Shown piece by piece: positions 28,694 through 38,497 of a DNA stretch of 54,061 nucleotides. The stretch comes from Armatimonadota bacterium (GTDB lineage Bacteria > Armatimonadota > SYMT01), in NCBI GenBank assembly GCA_046292385.1, contig JBKBRF010000046.1, positions 1-54,061 of the forward strand, given 5' to 3'. Position 1 is the first letter of the stretch; each line of letters starts with the position of its first letter. The position numbers and the translations under genes were made by a program. The notes under the pieces are model-generated. The model was given only the letters and a program-made list of their open reading frames with translations, did no database searches and was not told where the DNA came from.

Positions 28694-29029
28694 ATGGAAG
28701 CGAACACCGACTCGGTGCCGGAGGAGGGTCACTTCTACATCCTCAACCACGGAGAGGTGGTCTTCCAGAGCGATGAGTTCCCGGAAGCCCTGGACGCTTA
28801 CCGCGATCTCTGCCGGGAACACTGGGAGGAGCACCTCCAATCCGATACCCTGGAGGTGAGGATCTGCAGCGCCTGGGGTCTGCTGGGACTGGAGCCGAGC
28901 CACAGCAGTGCCGCGGCGGTGATCCGGGACCAGGGGACGGACGGCGATCGCAAGCGGTTGGAGCAGCTCCGGCGGAGAAAGCAGTTCAGCAAGCCCCGCG
29001 GGGGGGCTCAGTTCGCGAAGACGGGGTAA
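28694..29029 (+). CDS. Hypothetical protein
   Basis: 111-aa ORF with host-like codon usage from ATG 28694; no recognised motif. Confidence 0.6.
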   Translation: MEANTDSVPEEGHFYILNHGEVVFQSDEFPEALDAYRDLCREHWEEHLQSDTLEVRICSAWGLLGLEPSHSSAAAVIRDQGTDGDRKRLEQLRRRKQFSKPRGGAQFAKTG

Positions 29030-29204
29030 GCGCCCGCCCGGCGCTGGTCAGATGAGCGTTTTCCACGCTCCAGCGCATGCCGCTCCCTACCGACCATGAG
29101 GATGCCAGCCTCCGGCGCGCTGCTGCGCCGGGCATCCTGACCTCAACCGGCTGCACGCACGGAAACGGACATCTCCGAGCCGATTGCGGTACTCTTTCCC
29201 GGCC

Positions 29205-30953
29205 ATGAAGTTTTCAGACGTACTCCCCTGTCTGCCCGGCAAGCGCCTGGCGGCGAGTCTCCTCTCCGCGGCGCTGGGCGCCGCTGCGCTGCTGAGCGCC
29301 GCTCCGCGTGCCGAATCCCAGACGCTGGCGCCCGCAAAGGCGGACGGCGTGGGCCAGGCGGTCTCCCGGCACGCCGGCCTGGAGGGCCGCGTGCTCTGGC
29401 TGGACGGCACCGCCAATCTGCAGCGGCTCTCCACCCGGGAAGGTGTGGCGCGGGTGCTGGACCGGTGCGTGCGCGCCCGGGTCAACACCATCGTGGTCGA
29501 CGTCAAGCCGCTCAGCGGCCACGTGCTCTACCCCAGCGAGGTGGCCCCGCGGCTGAAGGAGTGGCAGGGGTTCACTTACCCGGAGAACCACGACCTGCTC
29601 CAGGTGGTACTGGAGGAAGGGCATAAGCGCGGGCTCAAGGTCCACGCCAACATCAACGTGTTCAGCGCCGGCCACAAGCTGGTGGGCGTGGGGCCGGCCT
29701 ACGAGCGGCCGGAGCTGCAGTCGGTCATCTACGAGGTGGAGCGCACCTTCACCACCCCTCGCGGCGACCGGCGCCGCGTGATGATCGGGCTCAACCGGGT
29801 CCCCGGGCATGGGGAGCTGGGGATCTACGACGCCAGCAACAAGCTCTCCCGCGTCTTCGACGTAGCCGAGGCGTTCGCGCTGGTGATCAAGAACCGGGTC
29901 GAGGCGGTGGTGACCGGGGGCCTCGCACCGGCGGAGGGCGTGAAGCCGCCGCGCGACGGTTACCTCATCATCGGACGCGGCGAGTCGGCGCGCTGGCTGC
30001 TGGAGCGGGTGCAGGTCGGTGACGAGCTCACCTGGACCGCCACCGACCGCTTCATGCCGATCGTCGAGTCCCCCTCCGAGACGGTGGCGGCGTTCGTCAA
30101 CCCGGCCGATCCGGGTCCGCGGGAGATGCTGCTCCGCCTGGTCGACGAGCTGGTCACGAAGTACCCGGTCGACGGCGTGGTGTTCGACCGCATGCGATAC
30201 GCCAGCCTGCAGTCCGACTTCAGCCTCTACTCCCGCGCGAAGTTCGAAGAATACCTCGGGCAGAAGCTGAACCGCTTCCCGGAGGACATCTACTCGTTCG
30301 ATCCCACGCCGGGCCGTCCGATCGTGCAGGGACCCTACTTCAAGCAGTGGCTGGAGTGGAGGGCTCGCAACATCCGGTCCTGGCTGGAGCAGGCCAGCGC
30401 CCTGGTGCGGAAGAAGCGGCCGGAGGCGAAGCTCGGCGCCTACGTCGGCTCCTGGTATCCCAGCTACTACACGGTAGGCGTAAACTGGGGCTCCGACGAG
30501 GTTGGGCCGCGCTACGACTGGATGACGCCGGGCTACCACGCCACCGGCTACGCCGGCCTGCTCGACTGGATCACCACCGGCTGCTACCATCCGGTCGCCA
30601 CCCGCGAGGAGGCCCGCCGGGCGGGTCAGGACGAGCTGAATACGGTGCAGGCGGCGGCGGAAGTCTCGACTCGCGCCGTCGGCGACGCCGCCTTCTTCTA
30701 CGCGGGGCTCTACCTGGTTGACTACCAGGGAAAGCCCGAAGCGTTCCGGAAGGCGATGCAGGCCGCCCGCGACTACAGCCACGGGGTGATGATCTTCGAC
30801 CTGGTCCACCTGGAGAACTTCGACTGGTGGAACCTGGTCGAATCCGAGTTCCGCAAGCCCGCGCTGGCACCCCACGACGTGCCGGCCCTGCAGGACGCCA
30901 TCCGGAACCTGCGCCGGGCGGTAGGCGCCGCGAGCCGACCCCAGCTCCCCTGA
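29205..30953 (+). CDS. Exported glycosyl hydrolase-like protein (GHL10/DUF187, YddW-like)
   Basis: Signal peptide, NTIVVDVK, GHKRGLKVHA, YPVDGVVFDRMRY, WLEWRA. Confidence 0.8.
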   Translation: MKFSDVLPCLPGKRLAASLLSAALGAAALLSAAPRAESQTLAPAKADGVGQAVSRHAGLEGRVLWLDGTANLQRLSTREGVARVLDRCVRARVNTIVVDVKPLSGHVLYPSEVAPRLKEWQGFTYPENHDLLQVVLEEGHKRGLKVHANINVFSAGHKLVGVGPAYERPELQSVIYEVERTFTTPRGDRRRVMIGLNRVPGHGELGIYDASNKLSRVFDVAEAFALVIKNRVEAVVTGGLAPAEGVKPPRDGYLIIGRGESARWLLERVQVGDELTWTATDRFMPIVESPSETVAAFVNPADPGPREMLLRLVDELVTKYPVDGVVFDRMRYASLQSDFSLYSRAKFEEYLGQKLNRFPEDIYSFDPTPGRPIVQGPYFKQWLEWRARNIRSWLEQASALVRKKRPEAKLGAYVGSWYPSYYTVGVNWGSDEVGPRYDWMTPGYHATGYAGLLDWITTGCYHPVATREEARRAGQDELNTVQAAAEVSTRAVGDAAFFYAGLYLVDYQGKPEAFRKAMQAARDYSHGVMIFDLVHLENFDWWNLVESEFRKPALAPHDVPALQDAIRNLRRAVGAASRPQLP

Positions 30954-30973
30954 CGCCAGGCCTCCCCTTAGCC

Positions 30974-31008
30974 ACAGCGCCCGGGACCGTTACGGTCCCG
31001 GGCGCTGT
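30974..31008 (+). terminator. Strong hairpin downstream of the GHL10 gene (possible terminator)
   Basis: Perfect 16-bp stem acagcgcccgggaccg/cggtcccgggcgctgt; poor U-tract. Confidence 0.5.
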
Positions 31009-31406
31009 TCGATTCTGGGACGGACCCGGAGGTCAGTCGGTCCAGAGTGCTTGTGGCGTCATGGTTGAGGGGCCTTCCTTGAGAAGCCGGCGTACGCCAA
31101 CCTCCAAGTCGGATTGCTAGATTTCGTCCAGCCGTAGAGATGGACGCCTCGTCCCCACCGGCTGTTCCCGATCCACGCCTAAGAAGATTCCGAACGACGG
31201 CTCCGCCCGATCCGCGCGCTCGCGTCTCCACGTCTCGTTCGGGGAGCGCCAGGCGAGCAGCCGCCCGTTCAGAAAGCCCCTCCTCTCGGGACGAGCATGC
31301 GCCAGGGACGTTTGCGCTTCCGAGCCCTGGGTAAAAGCGGTCAGTAAACGGACCGCGGGCTTGCGCCCGGCGGTACCGCACCATCGAACGGATCGGAGGC
31401 AAGCCA

Positions 31407-32810
31407 GTGGTACGACTGCAAGCCCTGCTTATACTCGCCCTTTCCCTCCTGGTCGGCGCGGCGTTCGCCGGGGAGCCGCCCATCACTCCCGGCGACCGCC
31501 TGACGGTGGTGGTCGAAGGAGAGAAGGAGCTTTCCCGCACCTACGTCGTGGACCAGGACGGCAAGATCGCCGTGCCCCTGGACGGCGTGGGAAAACTGGA
31601 AGTTAAGGGACTTTACCCCAACCAGGTGCAAGAGCGCCTGGCCGACGCGCTGAAGAAATTCATCCTCAATCCGCAGGTTACTGTGGAATTCGGGGAGCGC
31701 GCCAAGATCAACGTCTCGGTAACCGGGCAGGTGACGCGCCCCGGGCAGGTGAGCCTCCAGAAGGGCGGGCGATTGCTCGACGCCCTCGGCGAGGTCGGCG
31801 GCGAGACGATAACGGCGGATATCAAGCGGCTGCGGCTGACCCGCCGCGGCGAGCCCGAGGCGCGCACCTTCGATCTCGCCGCGATCCGCGCGGACGAAAA
31901 GCTGAACCTGGAGCTCCAGGACGGCGACGCCATCGAAGTGCCGGCCATTCCGATGCTCACCTACCGCGTCCTCGGCGCGGTGGAGAAGACCGGGATGATC
32001 CAGCGGCTGGAGCGGGCGACGCTGCTCGACCTGATCGGCGAAGCGGGCGGCACCAACCCGGTCGCGGACGAGACCCGCGTCCAGGTGCTCACCCGGGACG
32101 CTTCCCAGCCGCAGCTCATCTCGCTCAAGGAGATCCGCACCGGCAAGATGGCGAACCCGGTGCTGCCGGACGGCGCCGTCGTCACCGTGCCGGAGTTCCC
32201 GCACGTGATCGTGAAGGTCTTCGGCGCCCTCGACAAGCCGGGCGAGCTGCGCCTGCGTGAGGGCAGCACCCTGATCGACGCGCTCACCGCGGCGGGTCCC
32301 TTCAAGCCGGAAGCGGACCAGCGGGCGATCATCGTCGAGGCGGGCGCGGGCCAGGTACAGCGCTGCGCCGTGGAGAAGGTCGACGACGCTTCCCGGGGCA
32401 TGCCGCTGAAGGACGGGATGCGGATCTCCGTGCCGGTGCGCGCCCCGATCCAGTTCGCGGTGGCCGGCGCGGTGCAGCAGCCGAACGTCTTCCCCTACCC
32501 GCGTCCGGACGAGCCGAAGGTGTTCGTCACCGACGCGCTGGCCCGAGCCGGCGGCGTGAGCGGCGAGAAGTCGAAGAAGCCGATCGTGGTCGTCTTCCGC
32601 AAGAGCGCGAGCGGCGGGGAGCCGGAGCAGATCGCGATCGACTGGGAGGCGCTCTTCGGCAAGGACCTGAAGAAGCGCGACCCCAGCAAGAACATCGAGA
32701 TCCAGCCGAACGACGTGGTCTACGTGGACGTGGAAGCGGAAGGACAGCGGCGGCCGGGGGCCTGGGAAAAGGTGCTGGGCGTGGCCCGCGCGTTCATCCC
32801 GTTCCTGTAA
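31407..32810 (+). CDS. Polysaccharide export protein with multiple SLBB domains (Wza/OPX-like)
   Basis: ITPGDRLTV, VDQDGKI, repeated V-x-G-x-V-x-x-P-G SLBB units. Confidence 0.9.
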   Translation: MVRLQALLILALSLLVGAAFAGEPPITPGDRLTVVVEGEKELSRTYVVDQDGKIAVPLDGVGKLEVKGLYPNQVQERLADALKKFILNPQVTVEFGERAKINVSVTGQVTRPGQVSLQKGGRLLDALGEVGGETITADIKRLRLTRRGEPEARTFDLAAIRADEKLNLELQDGDAIEVPAIPMLTYRVLGAVEKTGMIQRLERATLLDLIGEAGGTNPVADETRVQVLTRDASQPQLISLKEIRTGKMANPVLPDGAVVTVPEFPHVIVKVFGALDKPGELRLREGSTLIDALTAAGPFKPEADQRAIIVEAGAGQVQRCAVEKVDDASRGMPLKDGMRISVPVRAPIQFAVAGAVQQPNVFPYPRPDEPKVFVTDALARAGGVSGEKSKKPIVVVFRKSASGGEPEQIAIDWEALFGKDLKKRDPSKNIEIQPNDVVYVDVEAEGQRRPGAWEKVLGVARAFIPFL

Positions 32811-32914
32811 GCGCAGCGTGCAGGGGCGGGGACGGGCTCTAACGGCCCGCTCCCGCCCGCCAGACAGGCTTCTTCCGGGCCGGAGCGCGCCCGGGCAAGA
32901 GTTGAGGATTACCG

Positions 32915-35059
32915 ATGGATTACACACGAGTGATGACGGCGCTGCGCCGCCGGCGGTGGTACATCCTGGCCGCCGTGATCGGCTGCACCGGCGCCACCGG
33001 CTACGGCGCGCTGCGGATGCCGCGCGAGTACCAGGCGAGCGCCACCCTGCTGCTGCAGGAACAGGCGACGCGGGACTTTAGCGACATGACGGCACTGCCG
33101 GAGGTCCCCACGGAGAAGGACGACCTGGAAGGTCGCCGGGACCGCGTGAAGACGATCGCCACCGTGCTCACCAGCCCGGAGATCGTGAGCCGGGTGATCG
33201 AGAAAGTCGGTCTGAAAGGCACCCCGGCGCAGGTGCAGGAGAACCTCGTCGTGGAGGAGGTCACCTCCCAGACGCTGCGCGTGGGGCTGAAGGACCGGGA
33301 TCCGAAGGTGGCCACCCTGGCGGTCAACACCATGGTGGATGAGTTCCTGCCCTACTTCGCGCGGCTGCGGAACCAGGAGCTGAGCCGCCAGCTCGAGGCG
33401 CTCTCCGCGGAGAAGCAAGAGGCGGAGCGGGAGCTCGACCAGAGCGGCGACGCGCTGGAGGGCTTCAAGCGGGCCAACAACATCTCGGACATCCAGACCC
33501 AGATCCAGGAGAGCTGGAGGCAGGCCTCTGAGGTGGAGCGCAGCCGCACCGCCGCCGAGGCGGAGCTGCGGGACGTCGACCGCCAGCTCGCCCGGGTGCA
33601 GGAGCAGTACCGGCAGACCCCCGCGATGGTGCGCGTGGAGCAGCGCCAGACGCAGGCGACGCTGCTCGACACGCTGCGGAGCGAGGTCGCCCGGCTGCGG
33701 ACGCAGCTCGCGCAGGAGCTGACCCGGCGCACCGAGGAGCATCCGGAGGTCCGCCGCGTCAAGCAGCAGCTCGAAGACGCTGAGAACCGACTCTCGGCCG
33801 AGTCCGGCAAGCTCCAGACGATCGTGGAGGAGAAGCCGAACCCGGTGAAGGCGACCCTGCTCGCCGATCTCCAGAGCCTGCAGAAGCAGCGCGACGGTCT
33901 GACGGCGCGGGTGCGAGACCTCAACAGCAAGCTGGGAGCGGTGCAGGAGCGCGCCAGCCAGTACTCCGGGAAGGATGTGCAGCTCTCACGCCTGACGCAG
34001 CGCCACGAATTCGCCCGGCAGCGCCTGGAGCGGGTGGCTGGGCGGCTCACCGGCGTGGAGAACGCGCTGGCCGGGCTGCAGGAGACGCCGATCGCGGTGG
34101 TCGACCGCAGCGGCGAGCGCAACCCGCCGGTCGACCTCTCCCAGGGCCGCGCGATGAAGCTGACGCTGCTCGCCTTCGTGATGAGCCTGGCGGTCTGCGT
34201 GGCGCTGGCGGTGGGCCTGGAGATGAGCGATCGGCGCGTGCGCAGCGTGGCCGACGTCGAGTCGCTCACTCAGCTCCCGGTCGTCTCCGTGGTACCGAGC
34301 CTGCCTTCGGGCCGCGGCTCCCAGGCGGCGCTCTGCCGGACCACGGAGAACGATCCGTCCGGCCACATGGCGGAGAGCTTCCACTTCCTGGCCAACCACG
34401 TGCTGCGCCAGACGCTGCGGCGGGAGAACACGGTGCTGATGGGCGCCACGGCCCGGCCGGGCCAGGGGGCCACCACCGCGCTGAGCAACCTCGCCATCGC
34501 CCTGGCGCGGGCGGGACGGCGGGTAGTGCTGGTGGAAGCGGACCTCCGCCGGCCGGAGCTGCACCGGATCTTCGAGTGCGACGAGCGGCCCGGCCTTACG
34601 GACGTGCTGCAGGGCTTCGTCCCGGTGGAAGAGGCGCTCGCGCCGACCTCTACCGGCAACCTCTACGTCCTGGCGGCCGGCTCGGCGGTGCAGGACCCGT
34701 GGAGCCTGCTCTGGCAGCCGGCGATGGGCGCCGCGGTCCAGGCGCTGCGGGAGTGCTCCGACTACGTGATCTTCAACGTCCCGAGCGCTACCGTCTTCGC
34801 GGACGCGCTCTGCGTGGCGCCGCACGTGGACGGGGCGGTGCTGGTGATGCGCACCTCCGAGCTGCCGAACGGCGCGGAGCAGAAGGTCCGCGAGTGGCTG
34901 GACGACGTCGGCGTGCCGGTGATGGGCGTGGTGCTGAACGGCGTGCCCCAGAAGGAGATGGACAGCTACGACTTCCATCGCTCCTACACCGCCCGGCGCG
35001 TGGATGAGCACCCGGCGCTCGCCGCTCCGGTGAGCGTGCCGGCCCGGCGGGCCGCCTGA
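32915..35059 (+). CDS. Polysaccharide co-polymerase, Wzc/GumC-like, with degenerate tyrosine kinase domain
   Basis: Two TMs, coiled-coil periplasmic region, AESF, PGQGATT, EADLRRP, GVVLN. Confidence 0.9.
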   Translation: MDYTRVMTALRRRRWYILAAVIGCTGATGYGALRMPREYQASATLLLQEQATRDFSDMTALPEVPTEKDDLEGRRDRVKTIATVLTSPEIVSRVIEKVGLKGTPAQVQENLVVEEVTSQTLRVGLKDRDPKVATLAVNTMVDEFLPYFARLRNQELSRQLEALSAEKQEAERELDQSGDALEGFKRANNISDIQTQIQESWRQASEVERSRTAAEAELRDVDRQLARVQEQYRQTPAMVRVEQRQTQATLLDTLRSEVARLRTQLAQELTRRTEEHPEVRRVKQQLEDAENRLSAESGKLQTIVEEKPNPVKATLLADLQSLQKQRDGLTARVRDLNSKLGAVQERASQYSGKDVQLSRLTQRHEFARQRLERVAGRLTGVENALAGLQETPIAVVDRSGERNPPVDLSQGRAMKLTLLAFVMSLAVCVALAVGLEMSDRRVRSVADVESLTQLPVVSVVPSLPSGRGSQAALCRTTENDPSGHMAESFHFLANHVLRQTLRRENTVLMGATARPGQGATTALSNLAIALARAGRRVVLVEADLRRPELHRIFECDERPGLTDVLQGFVPVEEALAPTSTGNLYVLAAGSAVQDPWSLLWQPAMGAAVQALRECSDYVIFNVPSATVFADALCVAPHVDGAVLVMRTSELPNGAEQKVREWLDDVGVPVMGVVLNGVPQKEMDSYDFHRSYTARRVDEHPALAAPVSVPARRAA

Positions 35060-35143
35060 TCGAGACGCCGGGCGGGCCGTTTGGTCCGCCCGGCCCCGGA
35101 GACGCAGTAAGCAAACAAGACAAACGAATCGGGAGCGGAGCTA

Positions 35144-36292
35144 ATGAACGATACTCGACATCGCAGCCGCACCGCCGCCTGGGCCCTGGGCGTGGTGATG
35201 TTCGTCGTAGTCTACGGCGTGGGGGCGGCGGCGCTCGGCCAGGCGCTTAGCTGGATCCCGCTGGGGAACCTGGCCCTGGTGCTGGTGGGACTGGCGGCCT
35301 CCGTGCCGCTGGCGCGCTGGTGGGCCGTCTCCCGCACCGCGGAGCGCGCCGAGCGCCGCAAGCGCGTGCTGCTGGTGGGGGCGGGACCGGTGGCGGAGCA
35401 CCTGGCCGGACTGGCGGAGGAGAAGGGCTACCACGTGCTCGGCACGGTGGAAGACCTCGATCCCGCCCGGCGGCTCGACTGGCCGGCCACCGTGCTCGCG
35501 CCCCGCGCCGCCCTGCCGGAGCTGGCGCTCTACCTGCGAGCCGACCAGATCCTGGTGGCGGAGGAGCCGGGCCGGGTGTGGGAGCTGGTGCACCAGATCG
35601 AGGCGCACGCCGTTCCCGCCGAGGTCTACGTGGTGCCGGAGACCTACGAGCTGGCGCTGGGGCGGCCGACAAACGAGCGCCTGGGCGACGTGGCGCTCTT
35701 CCGGATCCCGCGGCTCGGCGGCGACCGCGTCTACCAGGCGATCAAGCGCGCGACCGACGTCACCGCGGCGGTGATGCTGTTGACGCTGCTCGCGCCGGTG
35801 CTGCTGCTGGCGATGGCGGCAATCCGGCTCGGCAGCCGCGGACCCGCGCTGTTCTGGCAGGAGCGGGTGGGCAAGGACGGCCGGCGCTTCAGCATCGTCA
35901 AGCTGCGCACGATGGTGACCGACGCGGAGAAGGACGGTCCGCAGTTCTGCCAGGGCAAGCGCGACCCGCGCCTCACCCCGGTCGGTAGCTTCCTGCGCCG
36001 CACGCACCTGGACGAGGTGCCGCAGCTCTGGAACGTGCTGCGAGGCGAGATGAGCCTGGTCGGCCCGCGGCCGGAGCGGCCCTGCTTCGTGGAGCGGTTC
36101 GAGAGCGAGCTGCCGCGCTACGCGGAGCGCCACCGCATCCTGCCCGGCATCACCGGCCTGGCCCAGATCAACGGCCACTATCACAGCAGCCCGCGCGAGA
36201 AGCTGCGGTTCGACCTGATGTACGCCTACCATCCGTCGCTCTGGATGGACCTCTGCATCCTGGTCCGCACCGCCCTTCAGGTCTTTCATTAG
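35144..36292 (+). CDS. Priming sugar transferase (polyprenyl-phosphate phosphoglycosyltransferase)
   Basis: KRATD, KLRTM, DEVPQLWNVLRGEMSLVGPRPE, PGITGLAQ. Confidence 0.93.
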   Translation: MNDTRHRSRTAAWALGVVMFVVVYGVGAAALGQALSWIPLGNLALVLVGLAASVPLARWWAVSRTAERAERRKRVLLVGAGPVAEHLAGLAEEKGYHVLGTVEDLDPARRLDWPATVLAPRAALPELALYLRADQILVAEEPGRVWELVHQIEAHAVPAEVYVVPETYELALGRPTNERLGDVALFRIPRLGGDRVYQAIKRATDVTAAVMLLTLLAPVLLLAMAAIRLGSRGPALFWQERVGKDGRRFSIVKLRTMVTDAEKDGPQFCQGKRDPRLTPVGSFLRRTHLDEVPQLWNVLRGEMSLVGPRPERPCFVERFESELPRYAERHRILPGITGLAQINGHYHSSPREKLRFDLMYAYHPSLWMDLCILVRTALQVFH

Positions 36293-36416
36293 GGGCTAGG
36301 GTTTAGGGTCTAGGATGTAGCCTGAACGAGACACGCCGAAAGCAAGCGGCTCCACTCGCAGGGCAGACTTCGCACCCACAGCCCTAAACCCTGCCCCCTA
36401 CCCCCTAAACCCTATG
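36290..36416. repeat. Inverted pair of heptamer arrays running from a stop codon to the next start codon
   Basis: TAGGGNN-type x4 at 36290-36320; CCCTNNN x5 at 36382-36416, the last unit containing ATG 36414. Confidence 0.88.
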
Positions 36417-37628
36417 AAGGCTATCTATCATCATCGTACGCAGGGGCGGGACGTGGAAGCGGTGCACATCCACGGGATCTGCTCCGGCCTGGCGGAGCTC
36501 GGCTACGAGGTCGAGATCGTGAGTCCGCCCGGGGTGACCGCCGACCCGAACGCCCCGGTCTCCGCCGCCTCGACGAAGAAGGCGGGGCCGTGGTCCGCCC
36601 TGGCGCGGCGGGCGCCGCAGCTCCTCTTCGAGCTGCTGGAGCTCGGTTATAACGCGGTGGCGCTGCCGCGGCTGCTGCGGAGGTGCCGCGCGGAGCGGCC
36701 GGCGCTGCTCTGCGAGCGGTACGCGCTCTACAACTTCTCCGGCGTGCTGGCGGGCAAGCTCACCGGCACCCCGGTGGTGCTGGAGGTGAACGAGACGGCG
36801 GGCGTGGACCGCACCCGCCAGGGGAAGCGGCTGGTGCTGCCCCGGCTGGCGGAGTGGTTCGAGCGGCGGATCTTCGCGGGCGCCGCCGGGTTCGTGGTCG
36901 TCTCCGGTTACCTGAAGGACCACCTGGCCGCCAAGGGAGTCGACCCGCGGAAGATCCGCGTCACGCCGAACGCCGTGCACAGCTCCTGGCTCGAGAACCC
37001 GGCGGACGGCCGCCGCCTGCGGGAGCAGTACGGCTTCGAAGGCTGCACCGTCGTCGGCTTCGCCGGCTCTTTCACCAAGTGGCACGGCGTCGACCTGCTG
37101 GTCCGCGCCTTCGCGGCGCTGGCGGCGGACCGCCCCGAGCTGCGCCTGCTGCTGGTGGGCGACGGCGCCCGCCGGGCCCACGCCGAGGCGGAGGTGGCGG
37201 AGCTGGGGCTTTCGGACCGGGTGGTCTTTACCGGCCGCGTCCCCCACTCCCGGATGGCGGAGCACGTGGCGGCGATCGATATCGGCGTGATGCCGGCGTC
37301 GAACGTCTACGGCTCCCCCATGAAAGTGTTCGAGTACATGGCGCTGGGCAAGCCGCCCGTCGCGCCGCGCTACCGGCCGCTGGAAGAGGCGCTGCAGCAC
37401 GAGGCGGAGGGGCTGCTCTTCGATCCGGAGGATCCGGACGGACTCCGCGCGGCGCTGGCGCGGCTGGTCGACGACCCGGCCCTGCGTGCCCGGCTCGGCG
37501 CGGCGGCCCGCGCCCGCGTCTCGGAGCAGCACCGCTGGGTCCACAACGCGCGGGTGGTGGAATCGCTCGCGCTCGGCGCCGACCGCCCGGCGACCACCCC
37601 CGCCGTCGCGGAGGCGCAGCAAGCCTGA
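36414..37628 (+). CDS. Glycosyltransferase family 4
   Basis: GSFTKWHG, LVGDG, SPMKVFEYMALGKP. Confidence 0.93.
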   Translation: MKAIYHHRTQGRDVEAVHIHGICSGLAELGYEVEIVSPPGVTADPNAPVSAASTKKAGPWSALARRAPQLLFELLELGYNAVALPRLLRRCRAERPALLCERYALYNFSGVLAGKLTGTPVVLEVNETAGVDRTRQGKRLVLPRLAEWFERRIFAGAAGFVVVSGYLKDHLAAKGVDPRKIRVTPNAVHSSWLENPADGRRLREQYGFEGCTVVGFAGSFTKWHGVDLLVRAFAALAADRPELRLLLVGDGARRAHAEAEVAELGLSDRVVFTGRVPHSRMAEHVAAIDIGVMPASNVYGSPMKVFEYMALGKPPVAPRYRPLEEALQHEAEGLLFDPEDPDGLRAALARLVDDPALRARLGAAARARVSEQHRWVHNARVVESLALGADRPATTPAVAEAQQA

Positions 37629-37637
37629 TTCGCGGAT

Positions 37638-37730
37638 GTTTGCAGGTTTCAGGTTAGCAAGTTAGCAGGTTGGGCCCTCGGCAGGCGGGGGCTCCAATCC
37701 TGAAACCTGCAAACCTGTCAACCTGCAACC
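37638..37730. repeat. Inverted 7-8-mer arrays (GCAGGTT / AACCTGC)
   Basis: 37638-37672 versus 37696-37730. Confidence 0.75.
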
Positions 37731-37801
37731 GAGCGATGGAAGACGAGCGACCGGGCGGTGTGTAGGAAAGCGCCCGCCCGGGTAGTATCCGGCTGCATCC
37801 G

Positions 37802-38497
37802 ATGGCACACGTACTCGCACAACCTCAACCGGGCTTCCGGTGGCGCTCGGCAGCGAAGGAGCTGGTCCGCGCGGGGGTCGAGCGCTCGCCCCTCTCGGGC
37901 CGCTTCTTCTGGCGGCTCTCGCAGCCGGTTGCGGCGCTCACCTTCGACGACGGTCCCGATCCGGAGCAGACCCCGCGCATCCTCGACCTGCTCGGCGAGT
38001 GGGGCGCGCACGCCACCTTCTTCGTCCTGGGCGAGGCGGCGTCGAAGCATCCGCGGCTGGTCTGCCGCATCACCGCGGAGGGGCACGCGATCGGCAACCA
38101 TACCTATTCCCACGCCGTTTGCCGCGGGATCAGCGCCGCGGAGCTGCGGACCGAGCTGGCGGCGACCGACGCGGCGATCCGCGAGGCATGCGGGGTGGAG
38201 CCGCGCCTCTTCCGGCCGCCGTTCGGAGCGGTCGGGCTGCGGTCGCTCTGCGCGCTGGCCCGGGATGGGCGCCGCGTGGCGCTCTGGAGCCAGGACAGCC
38301 GGGACTACCGCGGCGCCGGACCGGAGGAGATCGCCGCGGTCGGGGCCGCGCTGCGCCCGCGCGACATCCTGCTGCTCCACGACCGCTTCCCCGCCACGGT
38401 AGAGGCGCTGCCCCGGATCCTGCGGTCGCTCCGCGAGCGCGGGGTGCCGCTCGTTACGCTCGAAGCGCCGGAGGCGCGGCGGAAGGAGAACGATTGA
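37802..38497 (+). CDS. Polysaccharide deacetylase (CE4/NodB domain)
   Basis: ALTFDDGP, GNHTYSH, FRPPFG, ILLLHD. Confidence 0.93.
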   Translation: MAHVLAQPQPGFRWRSAAKELVRAGVERSPLSGRFFWRLSQPVAALTFDDGPDPEQTPRILDLLGEWGAHATFFVLGEAASKHPRLVCRITAEGHAIGNHTYSHAVCRGISAAELRTELAATDAAIREACGVEPRLFRPPFGAVGLRSLCALARDGRRVALWSQDSRDYRGAGPEEIAAVGAALRPRDILLLHDRFPATVEALPRILRSLRERGVPLVTLEAPEARRKEND

